Below the pieces are notes generated by a model. The model saw nothing but the letters and a program-made list of their open reading frames with translations, had not been told where the DNA came from and did no database searches. Positions 14,961 through 26,854 of a stretch of 64,000 nucleotides of DNA are shown here, in pieces. Origin of the DNA: the human T2T-CHM13v2.0 reference genome, Homo sapiens; NCBI RefSeq assembly GCF_009914755.1, contig NC_060938.1; one strand, 5' to 3'. The position numbers and the translations under genes were made by a program. How positions within the stretch are numbered: the first letter of the stretch is position 1; the number at the start of each line of letters is the position of its first letter.

Positions 14961-16127
14961 AGCAAAATATGTATTTATATTTTCCAAGGATAAAGCTTTC
15001 ATTGCCTTTTTGCCTGCAGTCCCAGTTGAATGGATATAGAGTTTTTCCTACATCCAACATGGGCTCCTGACTACATAGTTATGACATCAATAGATGGTTG
15101 TGTTGATTAAACGTAGAGGAAGCAGAAACAATGAAGATCCAAATCACTTTAAGTTGCTAAACAGCATGGGGAATTTTATAGCAAAATGTAATTTACTGTA
15201 AATATCTGATGTACTGAATGTATAAGGTACCAAAATCCTAATGAATTCTTCCTTTCTCACAATGCCTCCAGTACCAGCTCTCATGGAAGATCTCACTGAG
15301 GCACCTGAAAATCTAAACAAAAAAAGGGAGAAGTCATTACTTCAACCTATTCACTTCAAAATTATGGATGATATTTGAAAAAGATTTTATTCTATAGATA
15401 CTTATTTGGAGACTTTTACTGCATCTGCTATATTTTTTGTTTGAATGATGGTTATATCAAAATTAAGTTAAAAATATTTCTAAATGTGTTGAGCATTTTG
15501 TATATTAACAACATAGGTAAATAGTGATATATCATCCACGTATGTATGTATATATCTGCTCAGGAAAGAATAAAACTTGCAGAGAAACACTGGTAAAATT
15601 AAGTGAAAACATTAATTTTGTTGAATACTTTCATACTGGAACTTTAGAGTGCTCAATACTTGATGACATTCCTTAAATAGTTAACAACAGAGCACATGGC
15701 TTCCAGACAACCAAAACTTATAAAGAGAGTGAGGAAGGGCTGGTATATTGTAAATAAATTGAAATTTGGGGGACTAGCTTCTAAAACAATTCTCATTTTA
15801 TTAAATTTATTTTTATTGAATATATTCTTTATGTAATAAAACATTTTATGAAAAATATCTAGTTCTATAAAAATCAGAGCAAACATTTTTAAATATTTAT
15901 GAAGAATAACTATTAGCCTAGCCTAGTAGTTATTTAATTTATAGCAAAATAATTATTTTAAACTATTTAAACAGGATGCTTATTCTTCTTCATAAAGAAA
16001 CACCTCTTAGCTTCAGTTTTTTAATATCAACTATCATGGACTTTAATGAATATGACATAGCTTGTTTAAAAAGAAAATAAACTGAGAACTCCCATGATTA
16101 TAAAAACTTTAGGAGCCTTAGTTTATA

Positions 16128-16285
16128 ACCATAGCTCTCAAACTTTAGAATGTACCTGAATCACCTGAAGGGCTTTGTAAAGCAGACTGCTGGGTTCTGT
16201 CCCCAGAGTTTCTGATATGACTTTTTAAGAAGTTTCCATGTGATGCTGATAACTGCGGTCTGGGGATACCTATGAGAACCACAGG
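16128..16285. mobile_element. hAT-Charlie MITE (MER5A-like)
   Basis: CTCTCAAACTTTAG..GAATCACCTGAAGGGCTT..CCCCAGAGTTTCTGAT..TGATGCTGAT..TGAGAACCAC. Confidence 0.75.
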
Positions 16286-18626
16286 TTTATACTATCAACT
16301 TACTCCTCCAGTGAAAATCCATGGCCGCTGGCGAAAACAGAAATGTGAAATGATGAGGTAAGTCAATCATAAAAAAAGGAGAATGTGCTTTCTTCTCTTT
16401 GAAGAAATGGTGGTGTGGGTTTTTTTGTTTATTTTTTTGTTTATTTTTTTTGCTTCTTCTTCTTCAGACTTGTCCAGAAAACCAAAGAGGAACCAGAAAA
16501 TTGAAGGAGGAAACAAGAATAGGCAACTTAACTCTGTTACAGCAGTTTGAACTTGGCCGCAAAAGAATTTTCTAAATCTTCCTCAGCCTTCTGAAGTCTT
16601 GAGGCATCCTTTTATCCCTTTTCTGTAGCTTCCTGAGGTGCTACCTTATGGTATTTTATATTGTTGTTTTATCCTTTATAGTTTTGTGTATTTTTTATAC
16701 CATTACTCCATAACAGAATAAGCTTTATTATCACAATAAGCATTATTGTAGTGATGTAAGTTTTTGCAAAATCCCTTTCTTTCTTTATGGAAACATTATT
16801 TGTCTAGAGTTATTAAGATATCCCCAGCTCTCTAAGCTGTTTATATTTCAAATTTATATAGACCTTAAGGATTGTGGCTTTTCTTGTTCAATCATATCTG
16901 GAATCTCCAGGAACTGCCCACAATTGCTTTGACTCTGTGGGCTTAGCCATTCTTGCAGCTTTATGACCTAGAACACCAACAATAGGCATCATGTGTGGGT
17001 AACAAGAACATGCTTTCACACCTGGTCCACAAACCAATTTAAATGTGTTTCTTTAAGTGAGAGCAAGAACTGCCTGTTTTTTTTGCTCTCTAACTGCACC
17101 TGAACTCAGGCTCCCTCATGACAATAGAGTAATTTTCTGGAACCCTGCATTCCCTAATTCAGTTCTTACAATAATATTAACAATCATGAGGAAAGTAAAC
17201 ACAAGAAAACAGGAATCCTCATCAATGTCATGGCATCATTTTTATATAATCATTTCATTTAAAAAATCATATCTTTTCCATGTTCTTGTTGGCAGCATCT
17301 TGATTTACAAATGCTAGCTAGTGGCTAATGTGTAGCCTTGGAAATGTCTCTCAACTTCTTAGGAACTTAGTTTCCTTCAATGGATGAATCTAAATACACT
17401 CTCAAATGTTTTCAGCTTTCAATTGGAGCAGCTCTTAAATGGGAAGAGTCTGTGATGCCAAGTAAAAGCAGTTGTTGCAATCACAGAGTTCAACAACTCA
17501 TTTGGTTTGAGGTCAAAGCTCTTTTGTCCTCCTTTAGCACTGAGCATAAGCACACTAGATACAAATCGCAATACAGAAGCAATGCATAGAAAGAAAAAGT
17601 CTCAACCTAAAAAGAAGTTCACTTACTTTTACTTTATACAGTATCTCACTGGCTGCTTTTAAAATATTTCCTAAGCCAGTTTGAGGACATCTTGAAAGAT
17701 GCTAAGCTCATCCTGGCCTTTGCACATTTTGCTCCTGACAAGAAAACAAAATGATGTTTTTGTTTTTGCATCAGAAAATTTATTTTCAGCAAGAATGTCC
17801 TCAAACTTCCTCCCAAATACACTTTCTTAAAATGCTGGCAAATGGTCATTTCAAATATACGTGTTACATTGTGGTAGCTGTCTGTCTGTTTTCCCCTTGC
17901 TGTCTCTTGTTTTGGTCTTTTGATACGAGTAGACACTCAGCAGCCACAGTCACTTGATGGAAGTGAACGGCATTTTGAGAGACCCAAAATTTTCATCATT
18001 GAATCTATTTAGGGAGGCTGCACAGAGCCATTCTTCGTCTAATCTCCTACTGATTTTCAATGCAAATACTGCCAGCCTTGCTCATGGCCACAGGATTTAG
18101 TTATGCACTTGACTGAAAACCATGTCAATGCAAATTCAGAGGATAAACCAGCATGCAAATCCCCAAGGCTTCAGCAAGTTACAATTCAGCCACAGTATTA
18201 GCAAAACAAGATAGCAATTATGCAAGGAATCAGCTGAAAGGTTATTTTTAATTTAAAGTTTTTGCATCTTTACAGCTGAGAAAAATGAAACCCTGCCTAT
18301 TCTTTCTTGTAAAACCCACCGGTAGAAACCAAAAGACATATGGTACATTATCACACCCATGTTCTAGTATGAGTCACACACACACGCACACACACACATA
18401 TGTACACTCACACAAACTGCTTCAAGAAGGCAAGAGAGACTTCTGATGAGGTTAAATTGTTATATTTTCTTCCAGTGTTTAATTACTGATATTTCAGAGA
18501 CCAACATATAATTAGCATCCATTAAAATCTTCATATTTGAAAGTATCAGCCCTGAGCAATTTGCCCTCATTTCTAAACTCTTATCTCTGGTCTCACCATT
18601 CCTCTTTCATCTTACTTCTGGGTGCT

Positions 18627-18700
18627 GTTGCTGAGGTATATTTTGCTAAGATGGGTAAAGGAAGTTGCTGGGATATCTTTTGCTAAGATGGGTAAAGGAA
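18627..18700. repeat. 37-bp tandem duplication
   Basis: GTTGCTGAGGTATATTTTGCTAAGATGGGTAAAGGAA followed by GTTGCTGGGATATCTTTTGCTAAGATGGGTAAAGGAA. Confidence 0.9.
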
Positions 18701-19144
18701 GCCTTTCATCACAGTTCAAGGATCTACACTGTGCTCAGAAAATTCCAATTTGAATTTATGACTGCTGGAGCTATTTCATTTATTTAAAGTCTAGAAATAT
18801 TAAAGCCATTCTATAATGTACTATCTCTAAAAAGGCATCAACCATCTCTGTTCATGATAACCTGCATTTCTCCTGAGTCAGGGGCAGACAATGCATGTTT
18901 CTTTTGCGGTATTTTCAGGAGTCCAGAAAAGCAGGCACAATTTTGAAAAGATGACAGAGGAACTGTGTGGTCAAATTTAAGAATGACTGTAGTTGACTAA
19001 AGCAAATAGCACACTTGAGAACTCAGGGCAAACCTGAGTCTCAGGGTCAGGGTTAGAATCCAGGGTTTCCTTCTAACCTGTTGGGTAAACTGGACAAGTT
19101 ACTTAGCTTCCCAGCTTTCCTGTATTGTCTCATAAATGTCAACC

Positions 19145-19315
19145 CCTTCCTTCTCAAAGTGTGACCTGTGGTCCAGCAGCATCGACATCACTCAGGAGCT
19201 TGTTAGAGAATTGTAGAATCTTACCCCAGCCCACCCCAAACCACTGAATCAAAACTTGCCTTTTAGTAAGGTCTTCAGGCGATTTGTATGACTGTTAAAA
19301 TTTGACAATCACTGG
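19145..19315. mobile_element. hAT-Charlie MITE (MER5A/MER5A1-like) next to a MIR fragment (~19040-19140)
   Basis: TTCTCAAAGTGTG..CCAGCAGCATC..CATCAC..GGAGCTTGTTAG..ACTGAATCA..TTTGACAATCACTGG. Confidence 0.75.
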
Positions 19316-20289
19316 TATGTAATGCAATAGGTCTTCTGTAAGTGGTAATTTCATTCATTTATTGAGTGTCTACTATTTCCAGGATTCCCAGTGGACATAA
19401 TAGAAAATAGACACTAACATTGACCTTTGTTCTCATGGTAGGAGAAACAGACTTGAATCTCACAAATTAAAGTCTATTTGAAGATTGACAAGAGTGCCCT
19501 GAAAATCTTGAATGAGGCCTTATGATCACAAGAAAATTGACCTGGTCAGGGGTGTCAAAGAAGCTGTGTTATTAAAGTGTGTCCAGAGCTGTGTTCAGAA
19601 AGACATTTGTCATTTCTCCTTACCCGGAACATTTCAGTTTTAACAACTTAAGTATTAACCAATCTTATACTTCTGAATATATGTTAATTTCTCTTAGGAT
19701 TATACATTCTTTTTCTCTTATTTGACATCCAGTCCTGGACTTCCAAACAACTATGTGTCTGCATTAACTCAGCAGACATAAATCCCTCACTTTCTTCCTC
19801 AGTGGGGGTTCTCTCCAAAAGGGTATTTAGCCTGGTAGGGGACATGTATCTTTCTACTAGCTAAGACAACAACTGGAGCATCTGCTGCTACTCATGGGAT
19901 CTTGAAAGGTCAAGCTCCCTCTCTGGACACGTTATATTATAATAATTACTTTCCCTTGGTTTCTCTCCCTTTAAGTACTATTCTCAGACTCCACCAAGTC
20001 CTGACCTGCCCACCCAAGCCTGCTGGTTCCTGAGTTACCATATTAAGAGTAATAGAACTGCCACAGTAAATAGTAACAAATCGAGACCCAGAGTGACCAG
20101 ACTTCCAGAATCAAAAATAGAAAAGAAGTCCCAAACCCAATTCTATCCACCAGCTGCTGATACTTTGGTGCGGAAGTAGTCAGTATTAGAACAAGGACAA
20201 GTACTTACGAATTCTAATTACCATGCCATAGAATATGCATTCTAGAAATATTTTATTAACTCATATTTATAAAAATCCTTTTTCACTGA

Positions 20290-20880
20290 TGCTTATTCAT
20301 CTTGTTCAGCAAAGTTACTTTTAAATATACATCTGACTGTATTACTGTCCCCTGATTAAAGTGTGTTGATGATTCCCCAGAAAGTCACTTTCATGAAGTT
20401 CAATCTCCTATACGTCCCTTCATTTCCTATGACCTTTTCACCTGGTACTCTACACTCCTACCATCTCAAAGACAAAGATTTTCAAATATGCCTTCCTCTC
20501 TCAGGCAACTAAGCTTTTTGTCATTTTCATTATTTGATTGGAAATCTCCTTATTATTTCATTCTCCTGAAGAGTCTCCTTTTTCATTCTGTAGCTACTCA
20601 TATTTCCTTGATGAGGCCTGCCCTGACTCCCTGTGTAGAACGAAGCAATTCAAAATTCCCCCAAAATGACTTCCATTATCTATTTTGCTGCATCGTATTT
20701 TTATTACACAGATATTTCTGGGATTCTGCATCCATTTTCGTATGATATTGTGATGTCAAGAGAAGAGACCCTTCCTTTTGAATTGTATATTCCCAGAGTC
20801 TAATACAGTATCTGAAGCAGAGCATACCCTCAGGGAAAATGTGTTTAGAACAAAGTCAAGCAGAAAATGAATGAATGCAT
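20290..20880 (+). mobile_element. L2 LINE 3' fragment
   Basis: Pyrimidine-rich L2-like body ending in TCCCAGAGTCTAATACAGTATCTG..AAATGTGTT..AATGAATGAATG. Confidence 0.55.
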
Positions 20881-22155
20881 GCACAGGGGTCATAGGCTAT
20901 TTCCATCCATAATTGAAAGCAGAACAAAATTAAAAGCCATATCCTTGCACATTGCTTGTTTTGAAATCAATGCTGAAATATTTGTAAAATCAACAAAGAG
21001 AATATGCAGAGGGATACATAAGGCCAGCTCTACCTCTTCTTTCCTGAGTACTGAAATTGTACCATTTGCTTACAATAACCCCCTAAGTGTACATAGACAA
21101 TTTTCAAGCATTTCAAATCAAATGTGAGGTCAGGAAAATATTTTTTTTATTAGTAGGACAACTTTCATGTTTCTCAAAGCAATTTATAAATATTATCTCA
21201 TCAAATCTAGGGCAGACAGGCTGAAAATATTACGCTTATGCTCCAGATGACAGAGGCCAAGAGAAGGGCATATGTGAGCATGTGTATGTAAATGTGTGAG
21301 TGTGTGTGTGTGTGTTGGGTAAAAATCAGCCTCACTATGCTAGAGTCTGCTCAATCTGTCCCTCTCAGCTCATTGCTGGTCAATGAAGATCACCACAGAC
21401 AAGATGATCGGACTAGAATGTGGATCAATTATTTAAATTACTCTTCTACTAGCTTTTCACATACTGTGTTCATTCTGTGCCATGCTAGAGACTAGTCAAC
21501 AGTGAAATTTCTGTCTTCCTTTAAATCTTTGTGTCAGTCTCTCTCTTGTTCAATAATGGCTTTCCACAGTACTTCCTGCCTCCAGATTGGGGAAAAACTA
21601 AAATGTATAAGGCATGCACTGTGCTCTCAGAGAATTCACCATTTGATAGGCTGCCGAAACTTGTTTTGTTTAAGTCATTGTTCCTTTATGAATGACAATA
21701 AATACACAGTCTAAAATGCACAGGGAAAATACAAGTCAAGACAGTCTGTACTATTTGAGAAAGCACCTACTCTATGTTCTTAAACCCTTCAGTAGCAGGA
21801 CTGCATCTTGGTTTTTCCAATCTAATTTCATGCTACCCTCCAAGGAACTCCAATTATGCTGTTGGTCTCATTTACTGTCACAGTTTTCATTTCTGTATTA
21901 ACTCATTTTCTTTCTTCTACTTAAACTACCTGCACTTTCTGCCTTCTCCATATACTCAAGTTCCACCCATGTCTTAAGATCCATATTTACCTCCCCCCAG
22001 TAGAAATCTGGTTTCCTGGTTATTCTGTTCTATTCCTGAAGATTTAGTAAATATTATAAAAGTAAGCATAGAAGTACACATTGATTATATTGTACTCTAT
22101 TTGTTCCAGGTATGACCATCTTGTTTCCCCAAGGATGACCTATGTTTTGACTTTT

Positions 22156-22255
22156 ACAAATACCATATCTTAAATTAATTTGTATTCTCCAAAGACTGAA
22201 CAATAACAAATACCATATCTTAAATTAATTTGTATTCTCCAAAGACTGAACAATA
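22156..22255. repeat. Perfect 50-bp tandem duplication
   Basis: ACAAATACCATATCTTAAATTAATTTGTATTCTCCAAAGACTGAACAATA occurs twice (22156-22205, 22206-22255) with no mismatch. Confidence 0.95.
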
Positions 22256-22580
22256 ACAGGGATTCAATAAAAATCCCTTGCTTCAGAGTTGGGATTAAAG
22301 TCTTCAATCATTTATTTTTCTTTTGCTTATACCAAACACTCACAGCTCCTTGTCTCTCTTTATGCATTTCTCTATGCCTGGAGTTCAATTTTCCCACTCT
22401 TAAACTTGGAAACTCTTAGCCCTCCTTTAAGACCCAGGGCACAGAAGAAATTCTTGGTCATTTCCAGAATTGATCTGTTTTACTCTCATGCTTCTGTGAT
22501 ACTTTACACAGTGCTCTATTTTAACAGTAATTACATTTCCTTATTTTAAGGGTTATAAAATTGTCAAACTCAATACCATT

Positions 22581-23036
22581 TGTGGTACACTGAAAAATAT
22601 CACCAAAACATATCCATCTCCTAAGCGAAGTGGGGAAGGGAGTAGGTCATTGAGGATTTGATTACGGATCTTGAGATGAGAGTATTATCCATGTGAGTTC
22701 TAAATGCAATCACATGTATTGCTATAAAAGAGAGGCAGAGGGAGATTTGATACAGACACAGAGAAAAAGGTGACATATAGATAGAGCAAAGATTTGAAAA
22801 TACTATCTCCTTTGAAGATTGGAGTGATGAAGCTACAAGCCATGGAATGGCAGCAACCACCAGAAACTGAAAGAGGAAGGAAAGGATTCTTTTCGAAGTG
22901 TCCAGAGAGAATATTTCAGCCCAGTGATACTAACTTCAGATTTCTGGTCTCCAGAACTAGGAGAGAATAAGTTTCTGTTGTTGAAAGTCCCATAATTTGT
23001 GGTATTGTGTTACAGTGGCCATAGAAAATGAACTCA
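22581..23036 (+). mobile_element. ERVL-MaLR solo LTR (MLT1C-like)
   Basis: TGTGGTA start; GGATCTTGAGATG, AGAGGCAGAGGGAGATTTGA and CTCCAGAACT..GAGAGAATAA..TTTCTGTTG blocks; ends ..CA. TSD CCATT/CCATG. Confidence 0.85.
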
Positions 23037-23054
23037 CCATGTCTCAATTTAATC

Positions 23055-23230
23055 AATTTATTTATTTATTCATTCATTTATTTGAGACAGAGTCTTACTG
23101 TGTTGCCCAGGATGGAGTGCAGTGGTGCAATCACAGCTCAGAGCAGCCTGGAAATCTTCGGTTCAAGTGAACCTCCCACCTCAGCCTCCCAAGTAGCTAG
23201 GACTACAGGTGTGCACCACCATGCTTGGCT
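23055..23230 (-). mobile_element. Alu right monomer (FRAM or truncated AluJ)
   Basis: T-rich tail, then GAGACAGAGTCTTACT..GGAGTGCAGTGGTGCAATCACAGCTCA..CACCACCATGCTTGGCT; no left arm. Confidence 0.85.
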
Positions 23231-23409
23231 GAGTCTATTTTGTATTGTTTGCTCTATGTCCTGTCATTAGCATTATACCTTCCATATAGCAATACATGTA
23301 AGAAATGCTTTCTGAGCCCCTGCTATGTGTAAGGTGTTATGCTAGCTGCTTGGTGATTTCATTGAAATAAGCATTTTAAAGGCTACTTTTGATATGATGA
23401 GTTTTTATT

Positions 23410-24520
23410 GCATATATGTATGAACTTAAGTTTTTCCTGAAAGTTCAGATTTGAATAACCAACTGCCTATTTGACCTCTCTACTTGTATTTTAAAACAGT
23501 GCCTCAAACTTAAATAATCGAAACATTACTCTTGATACATTCTCTGCAGTTGTATTATCTGGAGACCACACTTTTGCTTCTCTCCAGGTTACTCTATTAT
23601 TAACCAAATGTACAAGTCAAAAATCTTTCTTTCCTCTCCCTCCATATCCCACAGACCTCAACAAATCTGGTTCCTCTCTCAGAATCACATCTCATATACA
23701 TTCACTTCTCTCCATCATCACTGCTATTACTTATTTTCACACTCTTAAGAACTAATCAGTTTCCTTGATCTCACTCTTATCTCTACTCTCTATAAGTTCT
23801 TCTGCATTTCTTTTCTACAGTGTTCTTTTAAAACCATGAACTAGAGCCAGGAATGATAGCATGCACCTGTAGACCCAGTTACTCAGGAGGCTGAGGTGAG
23901 AAGATTGCTTTAGCCCAGGAGTTTAAGGTTACAGTGAGCTATAATCATGCCACTAAACTCAAACTTGAGCAACATAGAGACTTTGGCTCTTAAATTTAAA
24001 AAAATAATTTTTTAAAAAAGGAATCCAGTAGGCTTTCTATGTAAAAATATGTCAGTGCCTTACTACTGCATTTCAAATAAAACCCCAAATTCTTACTTCG
24101 TCTCATGAAGCCTGTATGTCAGATTTCATTCCCTATCACTTTCTGTTGTATTGATTATGCTCCAATATTGTGGCTCTATTTTAGATTTTAATTAGTCAAA
24201 CTCACTTTTACCTACAAGCCTTTACAACGGGCTTTGAAGTCTCTGAATAAAATGTCATTTCCTCATGTCAATTTCATAACTTATTATTATCTTTTAAATT
24301 GGAATCGTAAGTTACTCAGTCCCTTCCTACTATAGCCAATTATAATTCCTTGTGCAATAATCTGCACATTTGTTTGTGTATTTTTTATTGCATCTCACTA
24401 ATATGTAGGTTTCATGAGAGCAAAAAGACCCTATCTGTCTTATTTATCTCTATCTCCAGGGTCTAAGTCAGTGTTTGCTACATAATGGTTTCTCAATAAA
24501 CAGCTGTTGAAAGAATGAAA
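23410..24520 (+). mobile_element. L2 LINE 3' portion, interrupted by an Alu monomer
   Basis: AACTGCCTATTTGACCTCTCTACTTG..CTCAAACTTAA, CACTTCTCTCCATC and the 3' end TCTCAATAAACAGCTGTTGAAAGAATGAA. Confidence 0.7.
23845..24019 (+). mobile_element. Alu right monomer (FRAM-like)
   Basis: AGCCAGG..CACCTGTAG..CCCAGTTACTCAGGAGGCTGAGG..CAGTGAGCTAT followed by an A-rich tail. Confidence 0.8.
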
Positions 24521-25420
24521 TGCAAAAATAAATGAGCTAGTCAATCAACAGCACCCAATCAATGAATGATCTTCAAATTCTAATATAAAAAGTGTTCCCA
24601 GGTCACCAGCCTGCCTTATAACAGGGACACACAATAAGATATTAATATAGCATTTGTCTTCCTCAGTTCACAACAGAACCGTGAAAACAATTGCACAAAA
24701 AAAGGAGGACCTCTGTATTTCAGGAAGTACCGTCTGCTCATTTCTGCATGTCTCCAAGTTCTATTTACATAGGTGTCTACTTATATCATTTCTTTGTGTC
24801 TGGTTTATTCTCCAATGGTCGAATATTTCTCACATTGCTGATTACAGCCCTCCTGCCAATAGTACTACCTGTAGAACACTCTCAAACTTCATCTGTCTTG
24901 GACACTCTGTGTTTTATCTGATTGTTTTCTCAACTCCTGGTGGCACCACCACTGCAGTGTCCCTGAGCTTATTATCCTTTTGAACACATGACTCTAACAT
25001 AAGCCAAACAATTGTATGCCCCCTTTCAACTCTCTCTCCTGCTGCAAGAAGTCCCTATCTCCAGCTTGTACTGCAGGTCCCTGTCTGCCATTCTGAGGAT
25101 GTCTTGCCTTCCCACTCTGACTACTCACAAAGAGATCAACGCCAGTACCATTCTCATGTTTGCTTCCCCTTCTTTGCTCTTCTTCCTCTTTCTCTTTCCA
25201 CTGAAGTTGCTTTAGGTGGAAATTTGAGGATTTGTAGACTTGGCCTAATGCTTGTTTAATTATTTAATTAAAAGTTATTTTACTTTTTACAAAAATTTAT
25301 TATCTGTACAGTTCTTTATTCCCATTTTATTCCACTTAGTACACCCAAATTATTTAAATCTAAATAAATTATATAGAATAACACAAATAATAGATACTCA
25401 ATAAATAGAAGATATTATCT

Positions 25421-25446
25421 TCATCATCATCATCATCATCATCATT
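25421..25446. repeat. (CAT)n microsatellite
   Basis: TCATCATCATCATCATCATCATCAT. Confidence 0.9.
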
Positions 25447-26543
25447 AAACAAAATTAAAAAAGCAAAACCTAATTTTTATTCTAACTTTAGGAAGTCTTT
25501 TGATGAATTCTGCAAAAATACAGTGAGTTATCAACGTTTAAAAATCTTTTTACTTTTTCTTCAAGTCTGAAGTCTATAATGCACCACAGCAAGTTGAAAA
25601 TAGAATATTCTGTCAGCCAAAAAATTATTCCTGTACATGATGTCAGACATCCGATTAACTTCAATAATTTGATCAATATACCTTTTGAAGTTATGCATAC
25701 ATAGTTTCCTGTGCCGTTTAAGCTTGTAGTTTTTGCTTACAGAAAAAAAGTAAAGAAAGCAGTACCAGCATATGATAGCAATTTTCCTTTGATCATGTCA
25801 AAAGTAAGATGTGTATGAAAGATGTGTTCAGGAGTAGTTGATACAGTAAATTCTCTTGCTTTAATTTGTGAATATAGTCTATATTTTATGTTCTCAATAT
25901 TTGTAACACTGAAATACATTAACTTCCTCAACAAAATGTTGACAAAGAGCATCCCAAAATAGCATGCAGTATCAATAGTTACACTGATTACTTTTGATTA
26001 ACATAGAAATTTTCATAACATATATTTGGATAAATTATTTGATTCAGTTCTACGCCTTGAAATCTCCAAATTCCAAATAGGAGGGGAATCACCTTTCAGG
26101 TTTGTAAAGATTAGTCTTAGATAAACTATATTAAATAATTATGGATAATGCACATTTATTTGACAATAAAGACAAAATAAATCCGCAGGAGGTAAATAAG
26201 TATTTAGCAACAGCAATTATCAGGAACCCCAAAATATACTAAGTTGCAAATCACAATAGAAGGAATTGCCATAATAATTGACTATTAGATACATTTCCAA
26301 ATAATTTCTTAACTATTCATTTTAGGAATCAACAATCAGCCATTAAGTTAGTATTTAAAGGCTAAAGTTACTCTTCCTCTTATATCCATTTCGTGGAGGG
26401 AATCTTAGTTTTTGGACTTTGCCAACTCGGTTGCAGGTACTTTCTTTTCTAGCATAGCACGAGGATTTTCCACTAATCCTTTGGGGCATAATGCTGCCAG
26501 TCACTCAGAACCAAAACTGTGACTTATTATGTCCAGTCTGCTC

Positions 26544-26854
26544 TTTTATTTATTTATTTATTTTCTCTTTTTTGAGACACAGTCTCACTCTGTTGTCCAG
26601 GCTGGAGTGCAATGGCATGATCTTGGCTCACTGCAACCTCCGTTTCCCAGGTTCAAGCAATCCTCCTGCCTCAGCCACCCTAGTAACCAGGATTACAGGT
26701 GCGTGCCACCATGCCTGGCTAATTTCTGTATTTTTAGTAGAGATGGGGTTTTGCCATGTTGGCCAGGCTGGTCTTGAACTCCTGACCTTAGGTGATCCAC
26801 CCACCTTGGCCTCCCAAAGTGCTGGGATTACAGGCGTGAGCCACTGCATCAGGC
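26544..26854 (-). mobile_element. Full-length Alu (AluS-like)
   Basis: Dimeric Alu, antisense, with central TATTTTTAGTAGAGA and CCCAAAGTGCTGGGATTACAGGCGTGAGCCAC. Confidence 0.95.

Noticed and set aside
22156-22255. Direct repeats as a possible CRISPR-like array (also 18627 and 33608)
   Set aside because: Only two adjacent copies each, no spacers, in a primate genomic context; simple tandem duplications.
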